Source: Bdellovibrionales bacterium (GTDB lineage Bacteria > Bdellovibrionota > Bdellovibrionia > Bdellovibrionales > JAGQZY01). Taken from it: a DNA stretch of 64,000 nt. Every line of letters begins with the position of its first letter. The first letter of the stretch is position 1. The notes below the pieces were generated by a model that worked only from the letters and a program-made list of their open reading frames with translations, had not been told where the DNA came from and ran no database searches. Positions 19,059 to 28,544 of the stretch are shown piece after piece. The position numbers were made by a program, and so were the translations under genes. Location: positions 2,100-66,099 of the forward strand of contig JBGSUL010000035.1 in NCBI GenBank assembly GCA_041736155.1, given 5' to 3'.

Positions 19059-20156
19059 CTATTTTCTAATATCTAAACCTTGCTTTCGCGCCTCTTGCAT
19101 AAAGAGGCGTAAGAATTCGCGATTGTACTGGTCTGGCACAATGTTCAATTCTTCTCCACTGTCCATGGTTTCAATTTGCTGAATAAATTGCTGAGCTGTC
19201 GCCGCTAAAAATACATTGATAAAAAGTGGGATTTCTTCGTGCGGTAGGTTTTTCATATAAAGTTCCCACAAAACACCGCGCGCAGGATCTAACAAAGTAT
19301 AAACGTGTGCGGGTTCTTTTTGCCAATTTTTAAAATCAACTAATTGGAAATCTCGTGGCGAGACTTCTACATCTTTGTTGCGCCCTCGGTAAAGTAAGTT
19401 CTGCTCTATCATTTCCAACTCATCTTCCGGAGCAAGAGCTTTCATCACAATCTGAGGGTCCTTCCAAAATAAGGCCGCAAAGGAATCCGCAAACAGTTCG
19501 TTGTGTGCAAGGGTTAACTCGTGAATCTTTTCAAACCAAAATAAATTTGGCACTTGCACGCCCAACTCTTCAGTTTTTTGATGGTTGAGTTGTTGAAGAC
19601 GCGCCAGCTCTTTGGGGGATTTAGTAGACTTTGCGACTTTTATGAGGGCTTCAATTTTTGTCAGCTCCTGTCGAAGCTTTCGCAAGGCTGGAGTCTGATT
19701 AATCTTATCAATTTCTTCCTCGGAATTGATAACCAAATTTAAATATCTGATAGTCTGACCATGCCACAGCAAAACAAGATTCTCTCTAAAAATGGCGTGA
19801 CCAAATTCATGAGCATAAATAGGCGCAATGACCCGCTCCACATCAGCTAACTCTTCCTGATTGTTGAGAACACCAAGACGAATAAATCCTTTACCTACAT
19901 GGAATGCTGAAACGCCCACATTTTGCGGTAGAATATGAACATCTACCGTTGGAAACTGATTATAGGGACTCAGTAAATTGAACCACTCGTCACGAAGCTG
20001 AGAAATCCTTTCGAGAGCGGCAGCGGCCGCTAAATCGAGTTCACTGGGCTCAACTTCGTCTTGGAATAAATCCTGGCAACTCTGCTGTGCTTCGCTCGGA
20101 ATAATAAATAATATTAGAAAAAATAAAACAGTGACCTGTTTAAGGAATCTCCCCAC
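19059..20156 (-). CDS. Secreted HEXXH zinc metallopeptidase-like protein (365 aa)
   Basis: Signal peptide ..LFFLILFIIPSEA/QQ. IYAHEFGHAIF contains HEXXH. GTG start preceded by GGGGGAGAG. Confidence 0.6.
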   Translation of the reverse strand: MGRFLKQVTVLFFLILFIIPSEAQQSCQDLFQDEVEPSELDLAAAAALERISQLRDEWFNLLSPYNQFPTVDVHILPQNVGVSAFHVGKGFIRLGVLNNQEELADVERVIAPIYAHEFGHAIFRENLVLLWHGQTIRYLNLVINSEEEIDKINQTPALRKLRQELTKIEALIKVAKSTKSPKELARLQQLNHQKTEELGVQVPNLFWFEKIHELTLAHNELFADSFAALFWKDPQIVMKALAPEDELEMIEQNLLYRGRNKDVEVSPRDFQLVDFKNWQKEPAHVYTLLDPARGVLWELYMKNLPHEEIPLFINVFLAATAQQFIQQIETMDSGEELNIVPDQYNREFLRLFMQEARKQGLDIRK

Positions 20157-20171
20157 GACAACTCTCCCCCA

Positions 20172-20197
20172 TTAAAACCAAAGACCCCTCTTTGGTT
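20172..20197 (-). terminator. Hairpin between two secreted-protein genes (weak terminator or 5'-UTR structure)
   Basis: The minus strand reads AACCAAAGA-gggg-TCTTTGGTT followed by TTAAT. The 9-bp stem is perfect but the U-run is short. It ends about 15 nt before the RBS of the 19059-20156 gene. Confidence 0.4.
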
Positions 20198-20307
20198 GAG
20201 AAGACACTAATGGAAATACAGTGGTACATCAGGAGTTTTGTGAAAAAAATACCTGTTTTGTAAATTTTATACTCTCAAAATGCTTGATGCGTGAGCATTT
20301 CAAATTT

Positions 20308-21201
20308 TTATTGAGGAGTGACGATCAATCCCGAGCGGTATCTCTCTTTGGGTGTCCAGCGTGGCCCGCCACCCGTTTTTAAAGGATTGAACTCACTGTA
20401 CTCCAAATTGTTGATTGAGTTGAGGTCGCGCATGCTGTGGGCCTCGATCACTTCACCCGCGCGGCCAGAGAAAACATGGTAACCGGCGTGGGCGATTCCC
20501 ACAAAAAATGGAATTCCTTTAAAAAAAGCGGGCTGAGTCTCATTAAAACCAACGAGTGAAACAGCATCATCCACTGTAAGGCCACGCTCATAGTAGAATC
20601 CCTTTTCTGTAGCCTGTCTGTAGCGCTCCGCATGTCCACCCCAAACCGGCATCCACTTTTTGCCCTCTTTCAACTTATTCAATGTTCGATCCTCTTCGTC
20701 CCAATCAGCATTTTGCCAAGGGGCTGGATTCCAATAGTATGACTTCCAACCGAGTAGGATTAAGTTTTTCTGCAAATCTGTACCAAAAAAATTATTTCCC
20801 TTTTTAAGCTCATCATTTATTTTTTCAAAAGTGGCTTCTGTTCCAACCGCGGCAAAGCCTTCTCGCAAACAACGCAAGGTGAGGCCAATGCAACTGATCG
20901 GTTCCAACTCATAGACCAGTTCTTTGGGTTTTTTATAAAATGCCAGTGCAGCCATCAACCCTGCCTTGGTGGAATAATCCGACCGGCGATTCCCGTAGTA
21001 CTTGGAGACACCCCACTTATTAAAAAATTCCAGGTGATCTTGATAAACCCAATCTAGACAATCCGCCGCAGTCGCTGCAATTTCATCGATATTTGCGCGA
21101 TGAACCTGAACTTCCTCGTCGGTGAACGTGGCCACTTGGCTCCACGCTATTTGAGAAAATGACAAAAGGATTAAGGAAAGAATCAATAGACTTTTAAACA
21201 T
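20308..21201 (-). CDS. Secreted protein (297 aa), unknown; possible papain-like/NlpC-P60-like Cys-His hydrolase
   Basis: Signal peptide MFKSLLILSLILLSFSQIAWS/Q. ..EPISCIGLTL.. followed later by FFVGIAHAGYHVFSGRAGEVIEAHS resembles the Cys...His-containing strands of NlpC/P60. This is unverified. Confidence 0.5.
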   Translation of the reverse strand: MFKSLLILSLILLSFSQIAWSQVATFTDEEVQVHRANIDEIAATAADCLDWVYQDHLEFFNKWGVSKYYGNRRSDYSTKAGLMAALAFYKKPKELVYELEPISCIGLTLRCLREGFAAVGTEATFEKINDELKKGNNFFGTDLQKNLILLGWKSYYWNPAPWQNADWDEEDRTLNKLKEGKKWMPVWGGHAERYRQATEKGFYYERGLTVDDAVSLVGFNETQPAFFKGIPFFVGIAHAGYHVFSGRAGEVIEAHSMRDLNSINNLEYSEFNPLKTGGGPRWTPKERYRSGLIVTPQ

Positions 21202-21327
21202 GGGACCCCCATGCCGTGGTTGTAGCCCTCATAGATATAAACGGAAAGCCTCTTGCTCCCCGGCTGAAGATTTTGGAAAAATTAAAAGAGGCATGTTGAA
21301 AAAAAGTGAGACTGTTCCGCGCGTCTC

Positions 21328-21984
21328 TTAAAACCGAATAAAGAGTGGCTCTTTGTTCACTTGGAGGAATTCTTGTTTAGTAAGTTTTAAAACATCCTCT
21401 TCGTTTTGCGGATCTTTATAAAACTCAATGCTTTCCAGCTCCCAAAGGTGTGGCCAATCACCAAATACATTTTCGATTTGCACGTCGACTTCGAGATTTA
21501 AGTCTTTCCATGAGAACTGCTGATCCTGGGCTGGGCGACGAAAGATCTCAGCAAATGGCAACGGAATATCAGAAACACGGTCGCGGTTGCGCGGATGCAT
21601 ATTGCAAGGTGCGCGTACAAAAACTTGGGTTTGGCGTCCCCCCACAGCGGCGCCTTCGGCCACCAAACGCAAACGGATATAGGGATACTCTAAACATACG
21701 AGGTTCAACCCGCGGCTTCCCGGCACAGGGAATTGCCCCAAGCTGATTTTGTGTTTTCCTTCATGGCTTTCGAGGGAGATCGAAGAAATAATTGTTTCAC
21801 GTTTAAACACACGCATTGGTTTATCAAGGATTTGTTGGAAATCTTTTGATTCTCGAATGGCTGCCGGAGCGCGGTCATTCATATAAGGCACAATCCATTC
21901 AAAGTCCCGATTGGACATCCAATAAGAATAAAATGAACAGCCAATCAACAGCACAAGAAATGCTAACGATTTAAAATGTTTCAT
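21328..21984 (-). CDS. Lipoprotein (218 aa), unknown function
   Basis: Internal ATG at 21984 is preceded by AAGGAG (5-nt spacer). It gives MKHFKSLAFLVLLIGC, a canonical lipobox. The track start (22005) adds 7 residues. Confidence 0.65.
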   Translation of the reverse strand: MKHFKSLAFLVLLIGCSFYSYWMSNRDFEWIVPYMNDRAPAAIRESKDFQQILDKPMRVFKRETIISSISLESHEGKHKISLGQFPVPGSRGLNLVCLEYPYIRLRLVAEGAAVGGRQTQVFVRAPCNMHPRNRDRVSDIPLPFAEIFRRPAQDQQFSWKDLNLEVDVQIENVFGDWPHLWELESIEFYKDPQNEEDVLKLTKQEFLQVNKEPLFIRF

Positions 21985-22045
21985 TCCCACTCCTTGGGTT
22001 TTCATTCGAGGGCGTCTTGCCCTCCTACACTCCTCAATAGTGTAC

Positions 22046-23287
22046 CTATTTTTTTTGATATCCGCGATAGTTTACGTGCATTTTTTGAGTCTCTCGACCA
22101 ATGGCCAAGAGGCCCATCTTCCCGACCCAGCCATAAACATTTTCTAGCGGGCAACCTTCCGCTTTGATTTTTAAATCGCTCAGGCAAAGCTTTTTGTAAA
22201 CCGCGCCTGGACTATTCAAACTGTCCTTCTCGTCTTTTTGTTCGTGGGTTCGCAAAAAACCACCCGCCAAAGAATCACCGATCATATAGATCGTCGGTTC
22301 CGCCGTCGTCGCCCCCGATTTCACCACTGTCGGTACACCTTCTTGAATAATCACTTCGTCAAAGCGTCCGCCGCCTTTTTGTGCTTTCATTTTTTTTCGT
22401 GAGTCATAGCTCCACTTTAAAACGTCTTCGCCCGAATTGACCCGTGTCACTCCCAGCCCATAAGTTCCCGAGTTGTTTTTGATAAAAACATAGGGCTCTT
22501 CGGAACACTGGCGTTGCCGGTAGTCATTGCGAATTTGCTCAAGTACGAAATCGGTTTTCTCGGCCAAACGACGACGGCTGGCTTCGTCCCCCACATCAAA
22601 CTCTTGGAAAAGTTCCGTACGCACCTGAAAGTTCCAAGGGTCTACTTCTAAAATCGTGGCAAATTCTTTGGCCACCTGATTGTAACACTCAAAATAAATA
22701 CTTTTTTGTCTCTGATACCAACCCATCTCCATGGGGGGCGTCATTTTGAGCTGGGTGAGATCTGTCCATGCATCATAGGTCTTGGAAAAATCATTATTGC
22801 TAATCACCACATCTGGCTGAAAACCTTCGACGGATAAAGTTCCCTGTTGATTTTGCACGCGGTGAACTAACACTTTGTTGCCAAGATAGGATTCCATTTC
22901 CATTTGTTCTGACTCTTGCAAACCCGGCATGCCGACGCGCACATCATAACCTGCCGTCGTTAGCAGCTCGAGAATGGCGTACACATTGCCCCAGTAGTAC
23001 ATGTTTTTAAGATGATCTTCGGTGATCAAAAGAATTTTTTGTGCGTTGGGATAATGGCGAGTGAGGTAACGTTTGACCAAGTCTGGCGCATGGTCACGAT
23101 CCGTGGGGCAGATATTATTAAATCCCGCAGGATAAATGTTGGCATCGACATTGGTGACCTTAAATGAAGAGTCGCGAATGTCGTAGCTAGAATAAAATGG
23201 AAGTTCTAATGCTGAAGATTCGCTTTCGTACCAAGCGCAAAGACGATCCATCTTTTTAAGTATTTGTTGGTGAAAGTCCGCACTCAT
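22046..23287 (-). CDS. Probable glutamate--cysteine ligase of the rare GshA (T. ferrooxidans-type) family
   Basis: 413 aa. The N-terminal pattern ..YDIRDSSFKVTNVDANIYPAGFNNI.. matches my recollection of PF08886/TIGR02049. Not verified. 4-nt overlap with the upstream membrane-protein gene. Confidence 0.5.
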   Translation of the reverse strand: MSADFHQQILKKMDRLCAWYESESSALELPFYSSYDIRDSSFKVTNVDANIYPAGFNNICPTDRDHAPDLVKRYLTRHYPNAQKILLITEDHLKNMYYWGNVYAILELLTTAGYDVRVGMPGLQESEQMEMESYLGNKVLVHRVQNQQGTLSVEGFQPDVVISNNDFSKTYDAWTDLTQLKMTPPMEMGWYQRQKSIYFECYNQVAKEFATILEVDPWNFQVRTELFQEFDVGDEASRRRLAEKTDFVLEQIRNDYRQRQCSEEPYVFIKNNSGTYGLGVTRVNSGEDVLKWSYDSRKKMKAQKGGGRFDEVIIQEGVPTVVKSGATTAEPTIYMIGDSLAGGFLRTHEQKDEKDSLNSPGAVYKKLCLSDLKIKAEGCPLENVYGWVGKMGLLAIGRETQKMHVNYRGYQKK

Positions 23288-24051
23288 ACAACTCCTTGAT
23301 TCTTCATGTCCGCAATCGCTTCCGCACCACCCGCAATAAAAAGCGGGAGGGAAATAGTAAATAATCCTGGAATAAAACTAAAAAAGAGAATGATGCTCGC
23401 TAGTCCTAAAAAGAAGGGCCATTGCACGCGAAAAATGCGCCAACGCTGCGACAAGGAGTAATTCATGCATTCAAAACTAAAATCGATACAGTCATAGGCC
23501 ATCATTAAACAAATCAATAGTGGCACAAAGATCACTGCAAAGGACCAAAAGGACAAGATGAAAAGAATGGCAGAAATTGTCATAAACACAACCAACTTGA
23601 TACAGCTGATAATGAACATCTTTAATGTGGTGTAAAGCCAACGGAAAAAATTATTTTTAAATACCGGAGCCACTCCCTTTTTGACTAAAATACGATCGGC
23701 GATCAAAGAATAAAAAGGGGCTCCCAAAATACAAAGAACTAAATAGGAAAAATAAAAGGTAAATAGAACCAGAAAAATCCAAAACAAACCCTGATAGAGT
23801 GCAGCAAATAAGGAAAACTCTCCGACTTTAACAAGATCAATAAAAGACGCGAATCCCGGCATCCAGGTGAGGAAAAATTGGAGGAGCGCTCCCGATTCAT
23901 TCCACAAAAAATAGATGACATAAACAGCAACTACAATCGCCAACCAAAAGGGAATCGCCGCGAGCAGAAAAAGGGGCAAGCTGGTAAAAATCCAAAAAAA
24001 TCCCTGAAAGGGGACAAAAAATCCTTTAAAAAAAGAACCGACTGATGACAC
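23284..24051 (-). CDS. Polytopic inner-membrane protein (255 aa), EI24/CysZ-like
   Basis: At least 6 hydrophobic helices. The N-terminal FFKGFFVPFQGFFWIF..P pattern is reminiscent of CysZ/EI24. GTG start 4 nt after GGAGG. Confidence 0.4.
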   Translation of the reverse strand: MSSVGSFFKGFFVPFQGFFWIFTSLPLFLLAAIPFWLAIVVAVYVIYFLWNESGALLQFFLTWMPGFASFIDLVKVGEFSLFAALYQGLFWIFLVLFTFYFSYLVLCILGAPFYSLIADRILVKKGVAPVFKNNFFRWLYTTLKMFIISCIKLVVFMTISAILFILSFWSFAVIFVPLLICLMMAYDCIDFSFECMNYSLSQRWRIFRVQWPFFLGLASIILFFSFIPGLFTISLPLFIAGGAEAIADMKNQGVV

Positions 24052-24075
24052 TCATCCTCCGAGGTGAATTGCGCG

Positions 24076-25152
24076 TTAAAGAGTATTATTGACTGGGCGA
24101 TGGGGTGCCGGTGCTGCTTGAGGCTCTGGCTTTTTCTCGTCCGTATTGTTTTTCTTTTGCGCCTTTTGTAAACCAAACTCTAAGTTATGTACAATGGTTC
24201 GGGCGTTTTGCTCAAGAACATCCATATGTCGAAAGAAATCTACATTGAGTTGTTTATTCACTACCAACTCTGGTGGACGGCGAAGGGCGCGTAGTTGATT
24301 GATTTCGTCGACAAACGTGGCCAACTCACCGATTTGTTGACGATTGTTCTCGAGCATTTTTATGGGCGTTGTGCTGAGAGGCTTACTTTTGACTTGTGTA
24401 AAATATCTTTCATATTCATTGCTGAGGACCTCGACAGATTTCTCCGCCTGATCCCTCGTGCCCATCTCGGCCACTTCGAGAAGTTCTTTGCGACAGTGAT
24501 CAATAATCTGTTGGGATTTATAAGGTGTAATGGAAATGGGCTTCATCCCTTGAAAAGCCATATACAAGCGGGCTTGGAATAAGTTCTTTTCGTCCTTAGC
24601 TAGATACTTGTACTGTTCAAAAGATTTTTCGTGAATAGCGTCGCGCTGGGCGAGAGCTTTGTCCCATTTGCCGAGAACATAATACGTGTTCGCTAACCGC
24701 GCTGGGGTTTCGATGTGTTTGATAAAATTATCGCCCGCACCCAAGACATTCTTTAAATCTGATAAGGTGATTTGTAGATCGTTGTATTGCAGTGTTCTCT
24801 CATAGATCCACGACATCCGATACAGCGCTTGCGCCGTGATCGCCGAATTATAGCCAGCCCCATGGCGCACAGCTTGCTTGTAGGCTTCGATGGCCAAATT
24901 CTCTTGTCCTACACTTTCGCGGATTTCCCCCAACATAATGTACGCTTGCCCCAACCAATACACATCCTTGGCTGACCCTAAATACTTCTGCACTTCAGCT
25001 TCTGCACGCTCGGCATTTTGATTGCGTAAAAAGTACTGCGCCTCTTTCAACTCAACAGGATAATCCACCGTCGAAAGCATCGACTCCGACGTCCAACTGG
25101 AACAACGAACCATCGCTAAGCCGACGCACAAAAAGAGCAGGGCCTTTTTCAT
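24076..25152 (-). CDS. Exported TPR-like protein (358 aa), possibly a lipoprotein
   Basis: Signal peptide MKKALLFLCVGLAMVRCSS (lipobox non-canonical). TPR-like helical repeats (..WLGQAYIMLGE.., ..LANTYYVLGKWDKA..). ATGA overlap with the upstream ATPase gene. Confidence 0.65.
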   Translation of the reverse strand: MKKALLFLCVGLAMVRCSSWTSESMLSTVDYPVELKEAQYFLRNQNAERAEAEVQKYLGSAKDVYWLGQAYIMLGEIRESVGQENLAIEAYKQAVRHGAGYNSAITAQALYRMSWIYERTLQYNDLQITLSDLKNVLGAGDNFIKHIETPARLANTYYVLGKWDKALAQRDAIHEKSFEQYKYLAKDEKNLFQARLYMAFQGMKPISITPYKSQQIIDHCRKELLEVAEMGTRDQAEKSVEVLSNEYERYFTQVKSKPLSTTPIKMLENNRQQIGELATFVDEINQLRALRRPPELVVNKQLNVDFFRHMDVLEQNARTIVHNLEFGLQKAQKKNNTDEKKPEPQAAPAPHRPVNNTL

Positions 25153-26195
25153 AGAAATACCTCATTCAAAATTTTTTGCATATCCGCAAGCTGAACCTCG
25201 GACGTGTGTGCACTGGTTTCGGGGAGAAAATACACAGGCACTTCACGTTGATCTCGCTGTAGCTTTTCTTCCACTCTCTTCATTTGATTATGATAGTAGT
25301 TGAAGACCTTGTCATAGAAATTTTGCAGGAGAGGCCAGGTCTCAAGTCCCGTTATTTTTTGCGCGGATAACCAATCGGGATAGGCTCGATTTACAATAAC
25401 ATGTGGGGCGGAGATTCCCTGCTGCTTAAAATCGGCAAGGACATCATCCGTTTCTTGCAATTTTTGTGGCTCGGGAGACACCACCAGAAAATAACACACT
25501 TGCGGGTTTTTGAGTCGTTGTGCGAGATACTCTGCGGCCTCGACGATTTCGCTCTGTAAAGAAAAGAATGCCGCAAAAAAATTCTCCATCTGGCGAACAA
25601 ATTCACCGCCCGCCAACACACCGATGACGGTCGAAAAAATCTTTTGTGAAGCGCGGCTAGAAAAAGACGTACCCTCGAGGACTGTTTTAGCTAAAAGGTT
25701 CTCTTTAAAAAGTTTCAAAACTCTTTGCGGTGAACGGAAAAAGTCAGCGGCATGATTGACGGGGGGCGTGTCGACGACCACATAATCGTACTCTTCCGAG
25801 CGCAAAATCTGCGCGAGTTTGTATATGGTCGAAAGAGACTGGTTCTCCGCTAAACGTGTGACCACTTGATGAAACAATGAATTCTCATTCCACTTTTTGT
25901 ATTTTTCTTCACCAAATTTTGACACAATAAAATCACGAATCATTTTTTGCGAGTGAATCAAATGCACGTCCACATACACATCACCCACGACATGGCGCTT
26001 ATAATCGTCGGTCTCGAGATTCATGCCAAAGGCTTCCCCTAACCGCCGTGCCGGATCGATGGTCATCAGGCCCACTTTTTTACCACGACTTGCCAGCTCC
26101 AAAGCCCATGTCGCTGAGAGTGTTGTTTTGCCCGTCCCGCCGTTTCCGACAAACAGAAAGACTCTATACTTCTGTAAATAATCTGCTAATTTCAT
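25149..26195 (-). CDS. ArsA/Get3-like P-loop ATPase (348 aa)
   Basis: Deviant Walker A GNGGTGKTT. TIDPARRLGEAFG and VVVDTPPVNHAADFF correspond to the ArsA DTAPTGH switch region. RBS GGAGAA. Confidence 0.75.
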   Translation of the reverse strand: MKLADYLQKYRVFLFVGNGGTGKTTLSATWALELASRGKKVGLMTIDPARRLGEAFGMNLETDDYKRHVVGDVYVDVHLIHSQKMIRDFIVSKFGEEKYKKWNENSLFHQVVTRLAENQSLSTIYKLAQILRSEEYDYVVVDTPPVNHAADFFRSPQRVLKLFKENLLAKTVLEGTSFSSRASQKIFSTVIGVLAGGEFVRQMENFFAAFFSLQSEIVEAAEYLAQRLKNPQVCYFLVVSPEPQKLQETDDVLADFKQQGISAPHVIVNRAYPDWLSAQKITGLETWPLLQNFYDKVFNYYHNQMKRVEEKLQRDQREVPVYFLPETSAHTSEVQLADMQKILNEVFL

Positions 26196-27042
26196 CGCGA
26201 TTCTCCAGAGTCTTTGACCAATCCGTGTAGAAAAAGGGAATTTGATAAACAGTTCCTGTCTCTTTCTTTAACTCCTGTAAAGCTTGGTCTTGATAGTTTT
26301 TGACGTCGTATTGGGCTTTTAAAAATTTTTGCAGCTCCTCAGGCATGGCGGTTGAAAGCGGTTCTAAGTCTTTGGGCACAGAGAAAACTTTATTGGCCAC
26401 CAGTTGGCAGTCTTGTTGAAGTTTTTCTTGGAGCTGTGTGCGCAGCTCTTGGGATTCGTGGAGGGAGTATCTTTCCAGGTTGGTCACAAGAAGCGTGCGA
26501 GTGAGTTTTGGATCTTGTAGCACCTGATGAATCTGCCGGGATTGCTCATACATGGGGCCGCTGGTTACTGTCTGCGACAAAGAAAGCGGCGTTTTGAGCA
26601 AAGCCAGAAAATGCCCCGTACTGACGGCATCCACCACAATCACATCGTAATTGAGTGGCGGCCCGTGACGACGGGTCTGACTGGTCAGTTTTCCCAAGAA
26701 AGCGATCTCACGTAACCCTGGAGCCAAGTAAATGAGCGATTTGAGCCATTGGTTGCTTAAGAAAATCCCACTCACGCGCGGCACTTTTACCCAATATTGT
26801 ACATATTCGGCCAAACACGCCTCTCCCAACCACAAAGCTAAGTCGAAACCATAAGGAGTTTTTTGCGCCGTTGTGCCTTGGAAGGGTTGCGAAAAACCTA
26901 GAGAGCGTGAGAGGTAGCTTTCTGGCACCATATCGACGAGCAGGGTTCTCTTCCCTTCACTGGCAAATTTGCGTGCTAATAAAGCCGCTACCAACGACTT
27001 TCCTACGCCTCCTTTACCTGTAACCCATTGAATGTGTTGCAA
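26164..27042 (-). CDS. ArsA/Get3-like P-loop ATPase (292 aa), paralog of the downstream gene
   Basis: Walker A GKGGVGKS. VVDAVSTGHFLALLK corresponds to DTAPTGHxxxLL. TTG start preceded by AAGGAG. 32-nt overlap with the next gene. Confidence 0.75.
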   Translation of the reverse strand: MQHIQWVTGKGGVGKSLVAALLARKFASEGKRTLLVDMVPESYLSRSLGFSQPFQGTTAQKTPYGFDLALWLGEACLAEYVQYWVKVPRVSGIFLSNQWLKSLIYLAPGLREIAFLGKLTSQTRRHGPPLNYDVIVVDAVSTGHFLALLKTPLSLSQTVTSGPMYEQSRQIHQVLQDPKLTRTLLVTNLERYSLHESQELRTQLQEKLQQDCQLVANKVFSVPKDLEPLSTAMPEELQKFLKAQYDVKNYQDQALQELKKETGTVYQIPFFYTDWSKTLENRDEISRLFTEV

Positions 27043-27101
27043 AATATCTCCTTAGTCGGCGATGAGTGCTCAGATTTGGTGCCATTTATTTCACCAGAAC
27101 C

Positions 27102-27130
27102 TTGATTTTAACGACGCAATTTCCTATATT
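27102..27130 (+). promoter_or_regulatory. Candidate sigma70-type promoter for tig
   Basis: TTGATT (27102-27107), a 17-nt spacer, then TATATT (27125-27130), about 115 nt upstream of the tig ATG. Confidence 0.4.
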
Positions 27131-27245
27131 CCAGCAAATTAAATGCTCGGCCTTTCTTAAACCAAAGTATTGGAATCCGTAAACTTTGTCGAGTTGCATT
27201 GTAGATTTGAATAGCAGAGTTATAAATCACTGAGGAGACGAAATT

Positions 27246-28544
27246 ATGAAGACAGATCTAGAAAACGTATCAAGCCTGGAAAAAAAATTAAAAATTGAAG
27301 TGCCTCCTCAAACTGTGAATCAAGAATTTTCACGCGCCTTTAAATATTTGCAACGCGAAGCCAACATCAAAGGTTTCCGCAAAGGCAAAGCACCTATTGA
27401 TACCATTAAAAGTCTCTACGGCGACAAAGTAAAAAACGATGTCGTGCAAAACTTAGTGCAAACGGCTTATTGGAATGCGCTGAAGGAACATAAACTTGTT
27501 CCTGTCTCTATGCCCTCCATTGATTTTGAAGAGATTGCTGAAAACGCACCCTTTACATTCACAGCAAATTTCGAAATCCGCCCCGAAGTAAAAATCGTTA
27601 AGAAAGACGGCTTTAGTGTGGATAAAGAAAAGATTGCGGTCAGCGATGAGCGCATTGATTCCGTGGTGGAAAATGTTCGCCAGAGCAATGCTGTCTTTCA
27701 AACAATCAGCGAGACACGTCCTCTTGCTACTAAAGATTTTGCGATCATTGATTTTGAAGGTTTTATCGATGGCGCTCCACTCGAAAATGGTAGCGCTAAA
27801 GGTCACCAACTAGAAATCGGTGCCAACCAATTTATTCCAGGCTTTGAAGAACAACTCATTGGCATGAATGTCACCGAGCAAAAAGAAATCACTCTGGCTT
27901 TCCCAGAAGACTATCATGTTGACACACTCAAGGGAAAACCTGTCACTTTCAAAGTCACTCTTCATGAAATCAAAACCAAAGCACTTCCTGAGTTGACGGA
28001 AGAGTTCTTCCAAAAAATTGGACAAAAAGATTTAGCCAGCCTGCGCGACCAAATCCGCAAAGAAATGGAAGACAGCGACACACAACGAATTGAACAAGAG
28101 CTCCGCGATTCGTTGATGAAGGTGTTTGTCGATGCCAACCCGGTAGAAGCACCCAAAGCTCTGCTCGAAGAGCAACGCAAAGCCTTGGTGAATGATTTCC
28201 AAAGCCGCTTAAAATCACAAGGTTTCAACGACGAAAACTTTGATGAATACCAACAAAAATGGAATGACGACTTTGATAAAACCGCAGAGTTTATGGTGAA
28301 GTCCGCCTTCTTGATCGACAAATTGGCGGAAGAAGAAAAACTGCACGCCACGGATGCTGACATGGATGTGAAGTTTGAAGAAATGGCAAAGAAGTTTGGT
28401 ATCGAAAAAGATAAAGTGAAGTCTTTCTACAAAGAAAAAGATGGTCTTCAACGTTTGTCATATCAGATCACCGAAGACAAAGTGTTCCGTTACTTGTTGG
28501 GCAATTCCAAAGTTCAAGAAGTGGCAAAAAAGGCTACGACTTAA
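27246..28544 (+). CDS. tig: Trigger factor
   Basis: 432 aa. Has the N-terminal ribosome-binding region (GFRKGKAP), a central FKBP-type PPIase (FIPGFEEQLIGM) and a C-terminal domain. Confidence 0.95.
   Translation: MKTDLENVSSLEKKLKIEVPPQTVNQEFSRAFKYLQREANIKGFRKGKAPIDTIKSLYGDKVKNDVVQNLVQTAYWNALKEHKLVPVSMPSIDFEEIAENAPFTFTANFEIRPEVKIVKKDGFSVDKEKIAVSDERIDSVVENVRQSNAVFQTISETRPLATKDFAIIDFEGFIDGAPLENGSAKGHQLEIGANQFIPGFEEQLIGMNVTEQKEITLAFPEDYHVDTLKGKPVTFKVTLHEIKTKALPELTEEFFQKIGQKDLASLRDQIRKEMEDSDTQRIEQELRDSLMKVFVDANPVEAPKALLEEQRKALVNDFQSRLKSQGFNDENFDEYQQKWNDDFDKTAEFMVKSAFLIDKLAEEEKLHATDADMDVKFEEMAKKFGIEKDKVKSFYKEKDGLQRLSYQITEDKVFRYLLGNSKVQEVAKKATT

Noticed and set aside
22141-22200. Sequence ..CCTTCCGCTTTGATTTTTAAATCGCTCAGGC.. 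as another REP-like copy
   Set aside because: It lies inside the GshA-like coding region and matches only the TCGCTCAGG core, so it is probably chance similarity.
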